Source of the DNA: an uncultured Bacteriovoracaceae bacterium
Lineage (GTDB): Bacteria > Bdellovibrionota > UBA2394
Assembly (NCBI GenBank): GCA_964655245.1
Contig: CAZZLQ010000004.1
Span: forward strand, 3,456 to 67,455
Direction: 5' to 3'
Length of the DNA: 64,000 nucleotides
A program made the position numbers and the translations under genes. The notes under the pieces were generated by a model. The model was given only the letters and a program-made list of their open reading frames with translations. It made no database searches and was not told the DNA's origin. Positions 20,513 through 30,509 of this stretch are shown one piece after another (position 1 is the first letter of the stretch; the number at the start of each line of letters is the position of its first letter).

Positions 20513-21897
20513 TTTTTGCCTGCAACTTCTTCGAAGACGGGAATTATTCGTTCAAGCCCCATGCTTCGGCTGCCTTTCACAAAGAAGCAATCGGCTGGCA
20601 TGATCGATGAGCGCACCGCCTTTTTGAGCGAGTCAAAGTCGGTGAATGCGGATACCTTGAGTTTGTCGGAGGGAAGGGGGAGTTTTGAGGCCGATTGCCA
20701 GGCCTTAGAAAAATCCTCGCCCCACAGAAAAATCTCATCGAATTCGGAAACCATTGCGAGATTGAGAATTCGAGCATGAGCTTTGGTGCGTGAATCTCCT
20801 AAATCCCTCATATCACCAAGAACTAGCTTTTGCTTGCAGCCACGAGAAACCTCGACGAAGGTCTCGAGTGCTTTTTCCATGCTGGACGGATTAGCGTTGT
20901 AGCAATCATCAAAAACCCGCACGTCTCTTCCAAACTCAAGCCAAAGGCTTCGATGGGCCTCACCGACAAACTTTGTGGTCTGTTCAGCAATCTTCCTCAG
21001 GCTCTCTTGCTCCAAGGAAGAATGAAGAAGGCGGATCGCTGCGAGCCCGGCGAGCAAATTTTGAGCATTATGTTTTCCGGCCAGAGGATTGAGAAAGGTT
21101 TGGCCAAAGGCCAATAGAGTTCGAGGGGCTAAATATTTTCCTTCGATATCAGCGCGACGGTCGAGAGAATAGGTCAATGTCTTTGCAGGGAAGCTTTGCT
21201 TCTCAATCCAAGGAGAGTCAACGTTTGCCGCAAACATGCCTGAACTATCTTTTAAGAACTTCAGCAGCTTCAATTCCTCTTCGGCAACTGTTTCGATATT
21301 TTTGAGATTCTCAAGATGTTCTTCCTCAATTGTCGTGATCAAACCGGCATTCGGCTGAACAACTTCCAGATGCTTTTCCATCCAGCCTGGTTCATCGATT
21401 CCGATTTCAATGACCGCATACCTCTGAGATCTTACTTGGAGTAGAGTGAGTGCAATTCCCAAAATGGAGTTGTTTGATTTCAGAGTTTTAAAGACCTGAT
21501 CCGGCCCATGCAGAATTCCCAAGAGATAGGCCACCCACTCCTTGGTGGTTGTTTTGCCATTGCTTCCGGCGACTGCAAAAATCTGACATTGAAGGCGCTG
21601 TCGATGGGACTTTGCTAAACATCGAAGGGCTTCGGTCGTGTCTGAGACGTGAATCAAACAAAAGTCTTTGGGTAAAGATTCCTGATTCTTGAAGGATTGC
21701 TCTGAAACGATAGCTCCCAAAGCGCCAGCCTTTGCAGCTTCGACGATAAAATCGTGGCCATCGAATTTTTCTCCCGGAACCGCTGCAAACAGATCCCCGG
21801 ACTGGAGGCTTCGTGAGTCGCTCCAGATGCGGTTGAAGGATGGTCCCTTCGGAAGAGATTTCTGAAGGCTTTCAGCTATAAAATCACGTGTGAACAT
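20509..21897 (-). CDS. murF: UDP-N-acetylmuramoyl-tripeptide--D-alanyl-D-alanine ligase MurF
   Basis: Mur ligase ATP-binding motif (AVAGSNGKTTTKE) and MurF-type N- and C-terminal domains. It lies outside any dcw cluster. Confidence 0.85.
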   Translation of the reverse strand: MFTRDFIAESLQKSLPKGPSFNRIWSDSRSLQSGDLFAAVPGEKFDGHDFIVEAAKAGALGAIVSEQSFKNQESLPKDFCLIHVSDTTEALRCLAKSHRQRLQCQIFAVAGSNGKTTTKEWVAYLLGILHGPDQVFKTLKSNNSILGIALTLLQVRSQRYAVIEIGIDEPGWMEKHLEVVQPNAGLITTIEEEHLENLKNIETVAEEELKLLKFLKDSSGMFAANVDSPWIEKQSFPAKTLTYSLDRRADIEGKYLAPRTLLAFGQTFLNPLAGKHNAQNLLAGLAAIRLLHSSLEQESLRKIAEQTTKFVGEAHRSLWLEFGRDVRVFDDCYNANPSSMEKALETFVEVSRGCKQKLVLGDMRDLGDSRTKAHARILNLAMVSEFDEIFLWGEDFSKAWQSASKLPLPSDKLKVSAFTDFDSLKKAVRSSIMPADCFFVKGSRSMGLERIIPVFEEVAGKK

Positions 21898-21939
21898 GAA
21901 GGCCCTTTCGTTGACACTCCCTCACTAATTCAATACAAA

Positions 21940-23307
21940 GTGGGCGTAATTGGCAGCCTAAATTTAGAGTTTGTAGGGGTTTTCATGCACCGGGTTTTAG
22001 GGTTTTTGGCAACTTTTCTGATTCTTCCGTTCATTGTTCTCTCTTCGACAGATTCATGGAAAGGCATCTGGGAAGGTAAGGCTCGAAGCGATTATCTCTC
22101 CGCTGATCTGGTCATCGATATGCAGGTGGAATCTCCCGAGGAGAAGGCGCTGTCCATGGTGCCTACTTTGGTTGGTGCAAAGCTCTTAGATCGAGTCGCC
22201 GTTTCGTTTGGTCGATTTGGAACCGATTATCTTCAGCATATGATTCGTCGTTATGCTGAAAAGGGTTGGAAGCTCAAAGAGCTGAGAGACGGGGTCTTAG
22301 CTCGAACGGGTGGAGGGCCCGCGTCGATTCCAGTGCAGTCAACAGATATGGAGCGACAAGTAGCCAATCGGATTCTGCGTGAATGCGGACTCGATTTTAT
22401 TGAGTTTGTGTCTGATCCAGCTCATCCCGAGTACGATACGACACGAGCCTTGAGTGTTCATCGAGATCGCTACCAAAAGTGGATCAAGATTCGAAAGTAT
22501 CTGAATGCTGTTTTTGCCTTTGGGGCAGCCGTCGCTGGAGGAGCACTTGAAGCTTCGGCTAATCGACCGTTGGCGGAGCAGAGCTTTGGTTCGCAGATGC
22601 GGCCATTTTTGGGCATAGGAGTTTCGGCGGGATTGCTGGAGTACATGTTTGCTTCCAAAAGTGATTGGTTTAACCGGAACTTTTGGAGCCCTCATGAGAA
22701 GCCTTGGATTCCAGCCTTAACGCTTTCGTCCGTTCTCGATCTGACCAAGCGCATTGTTTGGCCGAGGGGATTTTATGCGAGTTTGGTGGTAAACACTGCT
22801 ATTCCTGTTTTCTTAGTACAGATTGCTGAGTTTTTGGCAGCTCTACCTCACAACCCTGTTCCCTATACGGCTCCATCAGCCTATGAGCTGGCGACGGGAG
22901 TTGCTCTGTTTAGTTTTTCATTGGGCGCAGCGCAGATTGGACTTTCCAAATTGAACGCTCAGGGGGCGACCTCGGAGTTCTATCGATATACGTATGAAAC
23001 CGTCTCGGGTTGGATCAACAACGCTGGTCGTGCCATTAGTCTTGTGCCCGGTCTGGGTTTTGCGGGCCAACTCGTCATGGGCGCTTTTGCAGTGGGGGTG
23101 ACACTTCCTCTGTGGTTCAAGCTGTCCATCGGCGATAAAGCCTACAATGAGTACACGGCTTCAATGCTGGATCCTGAGAAAAAGCGGCCTGGTTTGATTA
23201 AGCGTCAATGCTCTCATGCGGTCGGTTGGCTCGCGAATGTGATTTCCTTTAAGCGAGTCGATCTGCCGACTCGCTCAGGGACGAGCAGCGAGTCGAACGA
23301 TCAATAA
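21940..23307 (+). CDS. Hypothetical membrane protein
   Basis: A 455-aa ORF with an N-terminal signal/TM (LGFLATFLILPFIVLSS) and C-terminal hydrophobic segments. I recognise no domain. The start could instead be the Met at about 21985. Confidence 0.4.
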   Translation: MGVIGSLNLEFVGVFMHRVLGFLATFLILPFIVLSSTDSWKGIWEGKARSDYLSADLVIDMQVESPEEKALSMVPTLVGAKLLDRVAVSFGRFGTDYLQHMIRRYAEKGWKLKELRDGVLARTGGGPASIPVQSTDMERQVANRILRECGLDFIEFVSDPAHPEYDTTRALSVHRDRYQKWIKIRKYLNAVFAFGAAVAGGALEASANRPLAEQSFGSQMRPFLGIGVSAGLLEYMFASKSDWFNRNFWSPHEKPWIPALTLSSVLDLTKRIVWPRGFYASLVVNTAIPVFLVQIAEFLAALPHNPVPYTAPSAYELATGVALFSFSLGAAQIGLSKLNAQGATSEFYRYTYETVSGWINNAGRAISLVPGLGFAGQLVMGAFAVGVTLPLWFKLSIGDKAYNEYTASMLDPEKKRPGLIKRQCSHAVGWLANVISFKRVDLPTRSGTSSESNDQ

Positions 23308-24795
23308 ATCCTCAAGTGATTCATTCGATTCAATTTCGAAGTAGTTCATGAAATCCTGGGATTCAGTCCCGGGATTCTTTCCTCGTTTGGTAAACTTAAG
23401 AATTCGCGCCAAGACTGAGTCATTGATTCGCTCTGGCTTCTGACCTGTTTGGATCCAATCCGACCAAAATGCTTGAAGCTGTGGGATTTCAATGATGATT
23501 CGATCGAGATTGTTTTCAGTAAGATAGTTCACCCATTTCTGGGTAGAGGGTTCGAGAAGCAATGAGGGATCAAATTGAAAGTTGGATTGCCGAAACTGCG
23601 ACAGGAATAACAGACCGTTTCCAACAACATAAGATCCCTGAGGGACTTGTGGATCAATGCTAGCGAGTACCGAGAGCCATTCAGGGTCAAAATCTCGCTG
23701 GACCTCTTGCCTTTGAGCAATCCAAACACAGCCAAAGAGCGCTATCGTCAATGCAACAAAGGCATGTGTGATCTTGATTCCATCGGATTTCAAAAGTGAA
23801 AATCGATTGCTCATGGAGTGAACAGCCTCGATCACGATGAGCGCTCCAAGAAGTGCGTGAGCTGCGATGACGGCAGTGTTCATGGTTGAAAAGAACAAAA
23901 CTCCTTGGCAGAAAGTGGCAAGAGTCATCCACTGCAGCGTTTTCCAGGGTTGAAACGTCGAAGCAATCAGGGCTAGAACTCCTCCGGAGAAGCTCAGATA
24001 CCAGTACTTTGAAGGGCCAGCATCGCCTGGATGAAACGGAACGTGTTTGAGTGCAAGAAATACAAATCCGAGCAGGGACATTCCCGCAATAAACTGCATC
24101 AATTTAAAGTGAAGATTTTGACTTTCGCTTCTTTTGAGGCGCAATCGGTCGATCAAAAGAAAGTGAAAAATCCTTGAGAAGGTGATGCTGATAGCTGCCC
24201 ACAACACGAGCGCCTTCAATTGAGGAAACAAAAGTGCCAGGGTGACTCCGGCTGTGGCGTAGAGCCACAACTTAAGTCCCGAGGTCTCTTGGCTCACCGG
24301 GATAAGGAACAGAGCAGAGACGATCCAGGGAAGGAGTATGCTTGGGCTAGTCCCAGGGAGGGCATATCGATAACTGATGGCAAGAATGATGAGACTTGCC
24401 GTAAAGCCGATGACTCGGGATTGAGGAAGGAGTCGTCGGGTGAGGAGAAACAGGGCAAGAGCGGCCAAGGGTGCCAGGATGCTGAGAAGGCCCAAGAACA
24501 CGGGTAAGACAAAATCAGGCAAGATCAGTCGATGATTTCCGAGCAAAGCCACAGGGAGTTCAAAGACCGCCGATGTGACGGGGATCAGAGGTGCCTGAGC
24601 CGAGAGATTCCAAACTTCCTGTCGGAAAAAAATCCAAGAAAGCAAGATCAGGGTGATGGAGAGAATCGGAGATGTGATTCCCATGAGCAGGTACCAAGAC
24701 CATCTTCTTGTTGTGATGTTCTTTTTTTTCTTTGAAGTCTTGCTCACCCTCAGAAATCTATTAAACGCCCGTTCCTTCTTGAAAGCCAGCTTCAC
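23275..24795 (-). CDS. Polytopic integral membrane protein of unknown function (about 12 TM), with a C-terminal soluble domain
   Basis: Numerous hydrophobic helices. It is divergent from the pilus ABC transporter genes. I recognise no catalytic motif. Confidence 0.45.
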   Translation of the reverse strand: MKLAFKKERAFNRFLRVSKTSKKKKNITTRRWSWYLLMGITSPILSITLILLSWIFFRQEVWNLSAQAPLIPVTSAVFELPVALLGNHRLILPDFVLPVFLGLLSILAPLAALALFLLTRRLLPQSRVIGFTASLIILAISYRYALPGTSPSILLPWIVSALFLIPVSQETSGLKLWLYATAGVTLALLFPQLKALVLWAAISITFSRIFHFLLIDRLRLKRSESQNLHFKLMQFIAGMSLLGFVFLALKHVPFHPGDAGPSKYWYLSFSGGVLALIASTFQPWKTLQWMTLATFCQGVLFFSTMNTAVIAAHALLGALIVIEAVHSMSNRFSLLKSDGIKITHAFVALTIALFGCVWIAQRQEVQRDFDPEWLSVLASIDPQVPQGSYVVGNGLLFLSQFRQSNFQFDPSLLLEPSTQKWVNYLTENNLDRIIIEIPQLQAFWSDWIQTGQKPERINDSVLARILKFTKRGKNPGTESQDFMNYFEIESNESLEDLLIVRLAARP

Positions 24796-24814
24796 TTTTC
24801 GTTAGGCTTGAGGG

Positions 24815-25777
24815 GTGAATGTCATCGAAGTTCAGGGGCTGACAAAAGACTACCGTCAGCATTTTTGGACGCCAAAGCGGCGCGTGCTGAACAATGTGAG
24901 CTTTGAGGTTCATAAGGGCGAGATTTTTGGTTTTTTAGGGCCTAATGGTGCAGGCAAAAGCACGACGATCAAGATTCTTTTGCAGATCATCTATCCTTCA
25001 CGAGGTCAGGCCCTAGTCATGGGCAAGCCGTTGGGAGACCGATCGGCGAAGAAGCATTTGGGATTTCTTCCGGAGAATCCCTATTTTTACGATTACCTAA
25101 CAGCACACCAGTTTCTGTCCTTTCATGGCTCGCTCTATGGGCTAGAGGATAAGTTTCTTCGGCTCAGGATTCCCGCGGTTCTCGAGATGGTGGGAATGAA
25201 GGGGACTGATCACCTTTATCTACGGAGTTTTTCAAAGGGGATGCTTCAGCGGATTGGTATTGCTCAGGCTATCATCCATGATCCCGAACTTGTGATTCTT
25301 GATGAGCCGATGACCGGTCTTGATCCGCTCGGTCGGAGAGAAGTCCGTGACCTGATGATTGAGCTTCAAAGTCGAGGTAAGACGATTTTCTTTTCGACTC
25401 ATATCCTCAGTGATGTCGAAAGCATATGCCATCGAGTGGCGATCCTGAACAAAGGGAAGCTATTGTCTTGTGGAACTCTCGAGGACTTAATCTCTGTCGA
25501 GATCAAGTCTGCGGACCTGGTTTGGGCCTCTGTTTCGGGCAGTTTGGCAAAAAAACTGAAGGAGGCATCGTCTCACTTCTCGCCCGGTCTTGAGACAGTC
25601 TTTATGAAGATGGCTCGTCGAGATTCAGAGTCCTCGCGGGATTTTCAGTCAAGAGTTCAGTCTGTGGTCCAAATGGGCGCTGCTGAGGGGGCTTCGCTGC
25701 AGATGTTGAGCCCGAAGAAAGAAAGTCTTGAGGATGTCTTTGTCAGGCAGGTGGGTCAGATGGAGTCTCGTGTATGA
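24815..25777 (+). CDS. ABC transporter ATP-binding protein (ABC-2 type), PilH-like
   Basis: It has Walker A (GPNGAGKST), the signature (FSKGMLQRIGIAQA) and Walker B (ILDEPMTGLD). It lies immediately upstream of the permease and pilD, as in Myxococcus/Bdellovibrio pilGHI. Confidence 0.85.
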   Translation: MNVIEVQGLTKDYRQHFWTPKRRVLNNVSFEVHKGEIFGFLGPNGAGKSTTIKILLQIIYPSRGQALVMGKPLGDRSAKKHLGFLPENPYFYDYLTAHQFLSFHGSLYGLEDKFLRLRIPAVLEMVGMKGTDHLYLRSFSKGMLQRIGIAQAIIHDPELVILDEPMTGLDPLGRREVRDLMIELQSRGKTIFFSTHILSDVESICHRVAILNKGKLLSCGTLEDLISVEIKSADLVWASVSGSLAKKLKEASSHFSPGLETVFMKMARRDSESSRDFQSRVQSVVQMGAAEGASLQMLSPKKESLEDVFVRQVGQMESRV

Positions 25778-26538
25778 GAGCGTTATGGACGATCGCATCC
25801 AATGCCTATCTCGAAGCTCGGCATAGTCGAGTTCTTTACGTTGCGACTTTGTTTGCTGCCGTTTTGATTTTGTTTTCCCTTTTCTTGGGGGAGGTGAGCC
25901 TCTTTCAAAATGAAAAGGTCATCAAAGATATGGGCCTCGCGGCGATCTCGATTCTCGGTGTTTTTGTATCCATCTATCTTGGTGTGAACTCGCTGTATCA
26001 AGATATGGAGAAGCGAACGATCTATACAGTGATGGCCAAGCCCGTGACACGATCGGAGATTTTGCTCGGCAAGTATTTGGGGATGGTTCTGGTTCTCACT
26101 TCGGTAGTCGTGATGATGACCATCTATTTGTATCTCGTGACGGCCTTTGTTGAATCTCGAGTCGACTGGGCACTTCTTCCTGCAGTGATTTTGATTTTGG
26201 TTGAACTTTGGATTGTGGCAGCTGTAGCCATTTTCTTTTCTTCTTTTGCGAGTCCCTTCCTCAGCGGCTTTTTCACTTTTGGAGTTTTTGTGACGGGGCG
26301 GCTCTCTCGGGAACTTGCAGATTTTGGGGAGAGAAGTAAGAATATTTTGTTCAAGTATTTTGCAACGACTGTGCAGAAAGTCTTTGATTTGGAGGCGTTC
26401 GATTTGCGCTCAACAGTTGTTCATAAGCTTCCTGTTTACGCGGAAGATGTCTGGCTGCCTGTGGCTTATGCACTGACTCTGATTCTGCTTCTTTTGTTGT
26501 TATCGAATGCGTTTTTTATGAAGAGAGATTTTAAATGA
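25774..26538 (+). CDS. ABC-2 family transporter permease, PilI-like
   Basis: Six hydrophobic helices. It is translationally coupled to the ATPase and to pilD through ATGA overlaps. Confidence 0.7.
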   Translation: MRALWTIASNAYLEARHSRVLYVATLFAAVLILFSLFLGEVSLFQNEKVIKDMGLAAISILGVFVSIYLGVNSLYQDMEKRTIYTVMAKPVTRSEILLGKYLGMVLVLTSVVVMMTIYLYLVTAFVESRVDWALLPAVILILVELWIVAAVAIFFSSFASPFLSGFFTFGVFVTGRLSRELADFGERSKNILFKYFATTVQKVFDLEAFDLRSTVVHKLPVYAEDVWLPVAYALTLILLLLLLSNAFFMKRDFK

Positions 26539-27314
26539 TGGCGCTTGAGATTCCCATTTGGTGGCAAGGAATTTCTGTTGTTTTGCTAGGCCTTTGCCTT
26601 GGGAGTTTTTTGAATGTGGTGATCATTCGACTTCCTCGGGGCCGATCCATTGTGAGCCCCTCATCTCGCTGTGGATGGTGTCGAAGTGCTTTGACCCTGG
26701 CTCAAAATTTGCCGATCCTTGGATTTCTGTTCTCCAAAGGGAGATGTAAAAAATGCGGGATTCCGTTTTCATCTCGTTATCTCTGGATCGAAGTTTTGTC
26801 GGCCGTTATGACGTTTGCGATTTGGTCGACTTACGGTTGGACTTTCTCTTCCCTGATCATGGGCTCGTTTGCCCTTTCTCTGATTGCCATTTCATTCATC
26901 GATTTGGATCTTAAGATCATTCCTGATGAGTTGAGTCTTGGGGGTTGGGCCGTTGTTTTGATTTTGACAGCGCTAAGTCCTCAGTATTTCCGATTATCAT
27001 TGATGGAGGCAGTAGTCGGAGGGATTGTTGGCTACGGCTTCTTTTGGATTATCTCTCGGCTCTACGCCTTCGTCAGACATGAAGAGGGTCTGGGTGGTGG
27101 AGACGTCAAACTGATGGGATTTGTCGGAGCGATTCTGGGAGTGCAGGGAGTTGTGACGACAGTCTTTGTGGGCGCTTTAGTGGGTAGTTTGGTCGGAGTG
27201 TTTTTTGTTCTCGTTCGTGGCAAGACCAAGCATTTTCCGATTCCCTTTGGGCCCTTCTTGGCCATGGGAGCTCTCGTTTCACTGTTTCATCTGGATGGAT
27301 GGTTCTGGGGATGA
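26535..27314 (+). CDS. pilD: Prepilin peptidase / N-methyltransferase PilD (A24 family)
   Basis: It has the N-terminal zinc-binding tetracysteine motif (CGWC...CKKC) and the DUF/A24 catalytic Asp residues. Confidence 0.9.
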   Translation: MMALEIPIWWQGISVVLLGLCLGSFLNVVIIRLPRGRSIVSPSSRCGWCRSALTLAQNLPILGFLFSKGRCKKCGIPFSSRYLWIEVLSAVMTFAIWSTYGWTFSSLIMGSFALSLIAISFIDLDLKIIPDELSLGGWAVVLILTALSPQYFRLSLMEAVVGGIVGYGFFWIISRLYAFVRHEEGLGGGDVKLMGFVGAILGVQGVVTTVFVGALVGSLVGVFFVLVRGKTKHFPIPFGPFLAMGALVSLFHLDGWFWG

Positions 27315-28831
27315 GTAGACGGCGATCACTCAAATGGGATCTGATTGTTGATCTGAGTCTGATTACTCTTTGTGCATTGTTATTGGCAGAGGGTTTGATG
27401 ATTTCGGTGCTGCGTGTGAAGCTGCCAGCGGACTTTGCTCAGGTGGCATCGAGCTACTTGACGGCAACGGGGCAGAGTTTTTCCATTTCAGAGGAGTATA
27501 AACAGAGTCAATCGACGGATCTGCAGGACGCGTTCAATCAGTTTGTTGGATCTCCTTCGGTTGGTCTTCAACTTGTCAACTCTCCCGCTGCCTTTCAGGA
27601 TTCTAAGGTCCGTGAAGTTCGCTCTAAAATCTTTCTGTTCTTTCCGTATGTGAGTTCCTACGAAAAGACGGTAAGCCTTCCCCGCGGCGAAACAGTTGTG
27701 GTTCGCTGGTCGTTAGATAATCTTCAAGCTTCATTAACTGAATTTAAGTATCAGATTTTTCTACTGACCCTTCTCATCGAAGTGGTCTTGGTCATACTCG
27801 CTTACTATTTGTTGTTTCGCCGCAACATCATGATACCGATTGTGAGTCTAGGGTCAGTCGCCCGGGATTTTCTAAGCGAGAACTGGTCTTCTCGGTGTGC
27901 GCTCGAGAGAAATGACGAGTTAGGGCAGATTGGTGAAGCGCTTAATGAGATGGCCTATAAGATTCAGGAGAAAGAGCGAAAGCTTGTCATGACTATCGAT
28001 AGTCTGAAAGCGGTCAATGAAGAGCTAGAAGCTCGACAGCATGAGCAGTTACAAATTGAAAAGCTGGCCTCCATTGGTCGACTTGCGGCTGGGGTGGCGC
28101 ATGAAGTGGGTAACCCTCTCGGGGCCATTTCGGGCTATGTGGACATCCTAAGACGCTCGATGAAAAAGCAATCCAACATCGTGCCTGAGGACGTTGAGTT
28201 GCTCGATCGAATTGAATCCGAAACCAATCGAATCTCCAAGATTATTCGCGCTCTGCTGCAGCAAGCTCGACCTACAAAGGATCGTATCCGACCGGTGACT
28301 CTTAAGCCGGTTCTGGTTCGCTCTGTTTCTTTAGCGCAGATTCCTAGTCATATTGATGTTGAGTATGACTTTGAGGATGAAAATGCCGTTGTCATGGCTG
28401 AAGAAGATCAGCTGGTTCAGATTTTCTTAAATCTCCTAGTGAATGCGAAGCATGCTATTGAAGCTCGGAAGGATCGGCCCGAGAGGGGGATGTTAAGAAT
28501 TCGCTGCAAGTTACGAAAACTGCCTGTGTATCGAAACCCTGGATCTCAGGGTGAAGGCTCTGGCGATTTAGATACTTCGATCGTTCGAGCTTTGAAGCCT
28601 GAGAGCTATTGGGTGACGAGTGTTGAAGACAATGGCATTGGGATTAACGAGGAAGATCAGAAGAAACTCTTTGAGCCTTTCTTTTCGACGAAGGCTCCGG
28701 GAAAGGGAACCGGTTTGGGACTTTATGTCACAAAGAGTATCGTTGAGAGCTTTCGTGGTGCGATTGTCTTGAGATCTGCCTTTGGCTATGGGGCTGCCTT
28801 TTCGGTCTTTTTGCCCAAAGCTCGCGCCTAG
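27299..28831 (+). CDS. Sensor histidine kinase (PilS/NtrB-like)
   Basis: It has two TM segments, a coiled coil, a HisKA H-box (AHEVGNPLGAISGY) and HATPase_c G-boxes (VEDNGIGI, GTGLGL). It overlaps the pilD end by 16 nt, so the two are probably co-transcribed. Confidence 0.8.
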   Translation: MVLGMSRRRSLKWDLIVDLSLITLCALLLAEGLMISVLRVKLPADFAQVASSYLTATGQSFSISEEYKQSQSTDLQDAFNQFVGSPSVGLQLVNSPAAFQDSKVREVRSKIFLFFPYVSSYEKTVSLPRGETVVVRWSLDNLQASLTEFKYQIFLLTLLIEVVLVILAYYLLFRRNIMIPIVSLGSVARDFLSENWSSRCALERNDELGQIGEALNEMAYKIQEKERKLVMTIDSLKAVNEELEARQHEQLQIEKLASIGRLAAGVAHEVGNPLGAISGYVDILRRSMKKQSNIVPEDVELLDRIESETNRISKIIRALLQQARPTKDRIRPVTLKPVLVRSVSLAQIPSHIDVEYDFEDENAVVMAEEDQLVQIFLNLLVNAKHAIEARKDRPERGMLRIRCKLRKLPVYRNPGSQGEGSGDLDTSIVRALKPESYWVTSVEDNGIGINEEDQKKLFEPFFSTKAPGKGTGLGLYVTKSIVESFRGAIVLRSAFGYGAAFSVFLPKARA

Positions 28832-29018
28832 GCGGCGCTTCATGCGGCGAAATTCTTTGCGTAGAAACTTTTTCAAGTCCCTGAATTGTCAGGTTATTTT
28901 TGACCCCATTGGCTAGCGCAAGGCGTTAATATAAACTATTTTCGGGGATACCTTATTCATAGGAAATAATTTCGGAACGGATGCCCAGGATCCCGTGACT
29001 CTTCTGTTTTCTTTCTGA

Positions 29019-30455
29019 GTGGAGGAAAAAATGTCGCTAGTGTCCTTTGAGCATGAAAAGAAAAAAGTTCTGATTGTCGATGATGAATCGGGAATGCGCC
29101 ATATGTTGTCAGTCTTGCTGGAGCGGGAGGGCTATTCCATTGATACCGCTCAGAATGGCAAAGAGGGTCTCGATAAAATCAAATCTAATGAGTATGCGCT
29201 CGTTCTTTGCGATATTCGAATGCCTGAGATGGACGGGCTGACCTTCCTTGAGTCCACTAAAAGTTTGAACAAGCTGCTGCCGGTCATCATGATGTCGGCT
29301 TTTGGAAACGTCGATACAGCTATTGAGGCGATGAAAAAGGGTGCTTATGACTACGTCAGCAAGCCCTTTAAGGCCGATGAAATCTTGATTCGTCTCCAGC
29401 GTTTGACCGATCAAGAAACTTTGATGTTTGAGAACCAGTCATTGAGGAGGGTTCTGCATCAAGAAACCTCTTTTAGTAATATCATCGCTCGATCTCCTCG
29501 AATGCTGGATATCTTTGATACGATTCGAAAGATTGCCGACTACAAAACCACAGTTCTGATCACGGGAGAGAGTGGATCCGGAAAAGAGTTGATTGCGCGG
29601 GCTATTCATTTCAATTCTCCAAGATCAAACAAGCCCTTCATCGCGATCAACTGTAGTGCGATCCCGGAAACCTTGTTGGAATCCGAGCTCTTTGGTTACG
29701 TAAAAGGGTCCTTTACTGGTGCCAACAAAGATAAAAAGGGTTTGTTTGAAGAGGCTTCGGGTGGGACTCTTTTCTTGGATGAGGTCGGGGATTTGCCCTT
29801 ATCTCTTCAGGTGAAGCTGTTGCGAGCCATTCAAGAGGAGGAGATCCGACGGGTGGGGGACACCAAAACCCTCAAAATTGATGTGCGTCTCATCACCGCG
29901 ACATTAAAAAATCTTGGAGAGGAGATCAAAAAAGGTACTTTCCGTGAGGACTTGTACTATCGGCTGAACGTTCTGCCTATTCATCTGCCTCCTCTCAGAG
30001 AGCGTAAGGAAGATATTCCTCTTCTCGCTGAAACATTTTTGAGCCGTTTCTCCAAGGAGATGGATAAGAAGGTGAAGAGGCTTTCACCAGAGGCAATCCA
30101 GTTTTTGACAGACTACTCATGGCCTGGAAACGTTCGAGAGCTTGAAAATACGATTGAGCGTGCAATGGTTTTGGAAACAGGGGAAGAGCTTCGACCAGAC
30201 AGTCTTCCCGACTCCGTTAGAAATGTGGAAGTGAACCCGGCCATTCGAGCTGCGGCTAGTGAGCTCTCCATCAAAAAAATGATGGTGATTATGGAGCAGG
30301 AGCTCATCAAGAAGGCGCTTGAAAAAACGGGTGGTAATCGAACTTGGGCTGCAAAGTTGCTTGAGATTTCTCATCGTGCCTTGCTCTATAAGATCAAGCG
30401 CTATGGTCTTGAGCGATACATGATTGATCGAGATCCTGGTTTAGCCTTTAAGTAG
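29019..30455 (+). CDS. pilR: Sigma54-dependent response regulator (NtrC/PilR family)
   Basis: REC domain (VLIVDDE, D at LCDIRMP), sigma54 AAA+ domain (GESGSGKELIARAIH, GAFTGA-like), and a C-terminal Fis-type HTH. Confidence 0.85.
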   Translation: MEEKMSLVSFEHEKKKVLIVDDESGMRHMLSVLLEREGYSIDTAQNGKEGLDKIKSNEYALVLCDIRMPEMDGLTFLESTKSLNKLLPVIMMSAFGNVDTAIEAMKKGAYDYVSKPFKADEILIRLQRLTDQETLMFENQSLRRVLHQETSFSNIIARSPRMLDIFDTIRKIADYKTTVLITGESGSGKELIARAIHFNSPRSNKPFIAINCSAIPETLLESELFGYVKGSFTGANKDKKGLFEEASGGTLFLDEVGDLPLSLQVKLLRAIQEEEIRRVGDTKTLKIDVRLITATLKNLGEEIKKGTFREDLYYRLNVLPIHLPPLRERKEDIPLLAETFLSRFSKEMDKKVKRLSPEAIQFLTDYSWPGNVRELENTIERAMVLETGEELRPDSLPDSVRNVEVNPAIRAAASELSIKKMMVIMEQELIKKALEKTGGNRTWAAKLLEISHRALLYKIKRYGLERYMIDRDPGLAFK

Positions 30456-30509
30456 CCGATTTATTCCACCCTTTTCTTTTTCTTCAATTGAGTGGGATAA
30501 TAGGAGTCT

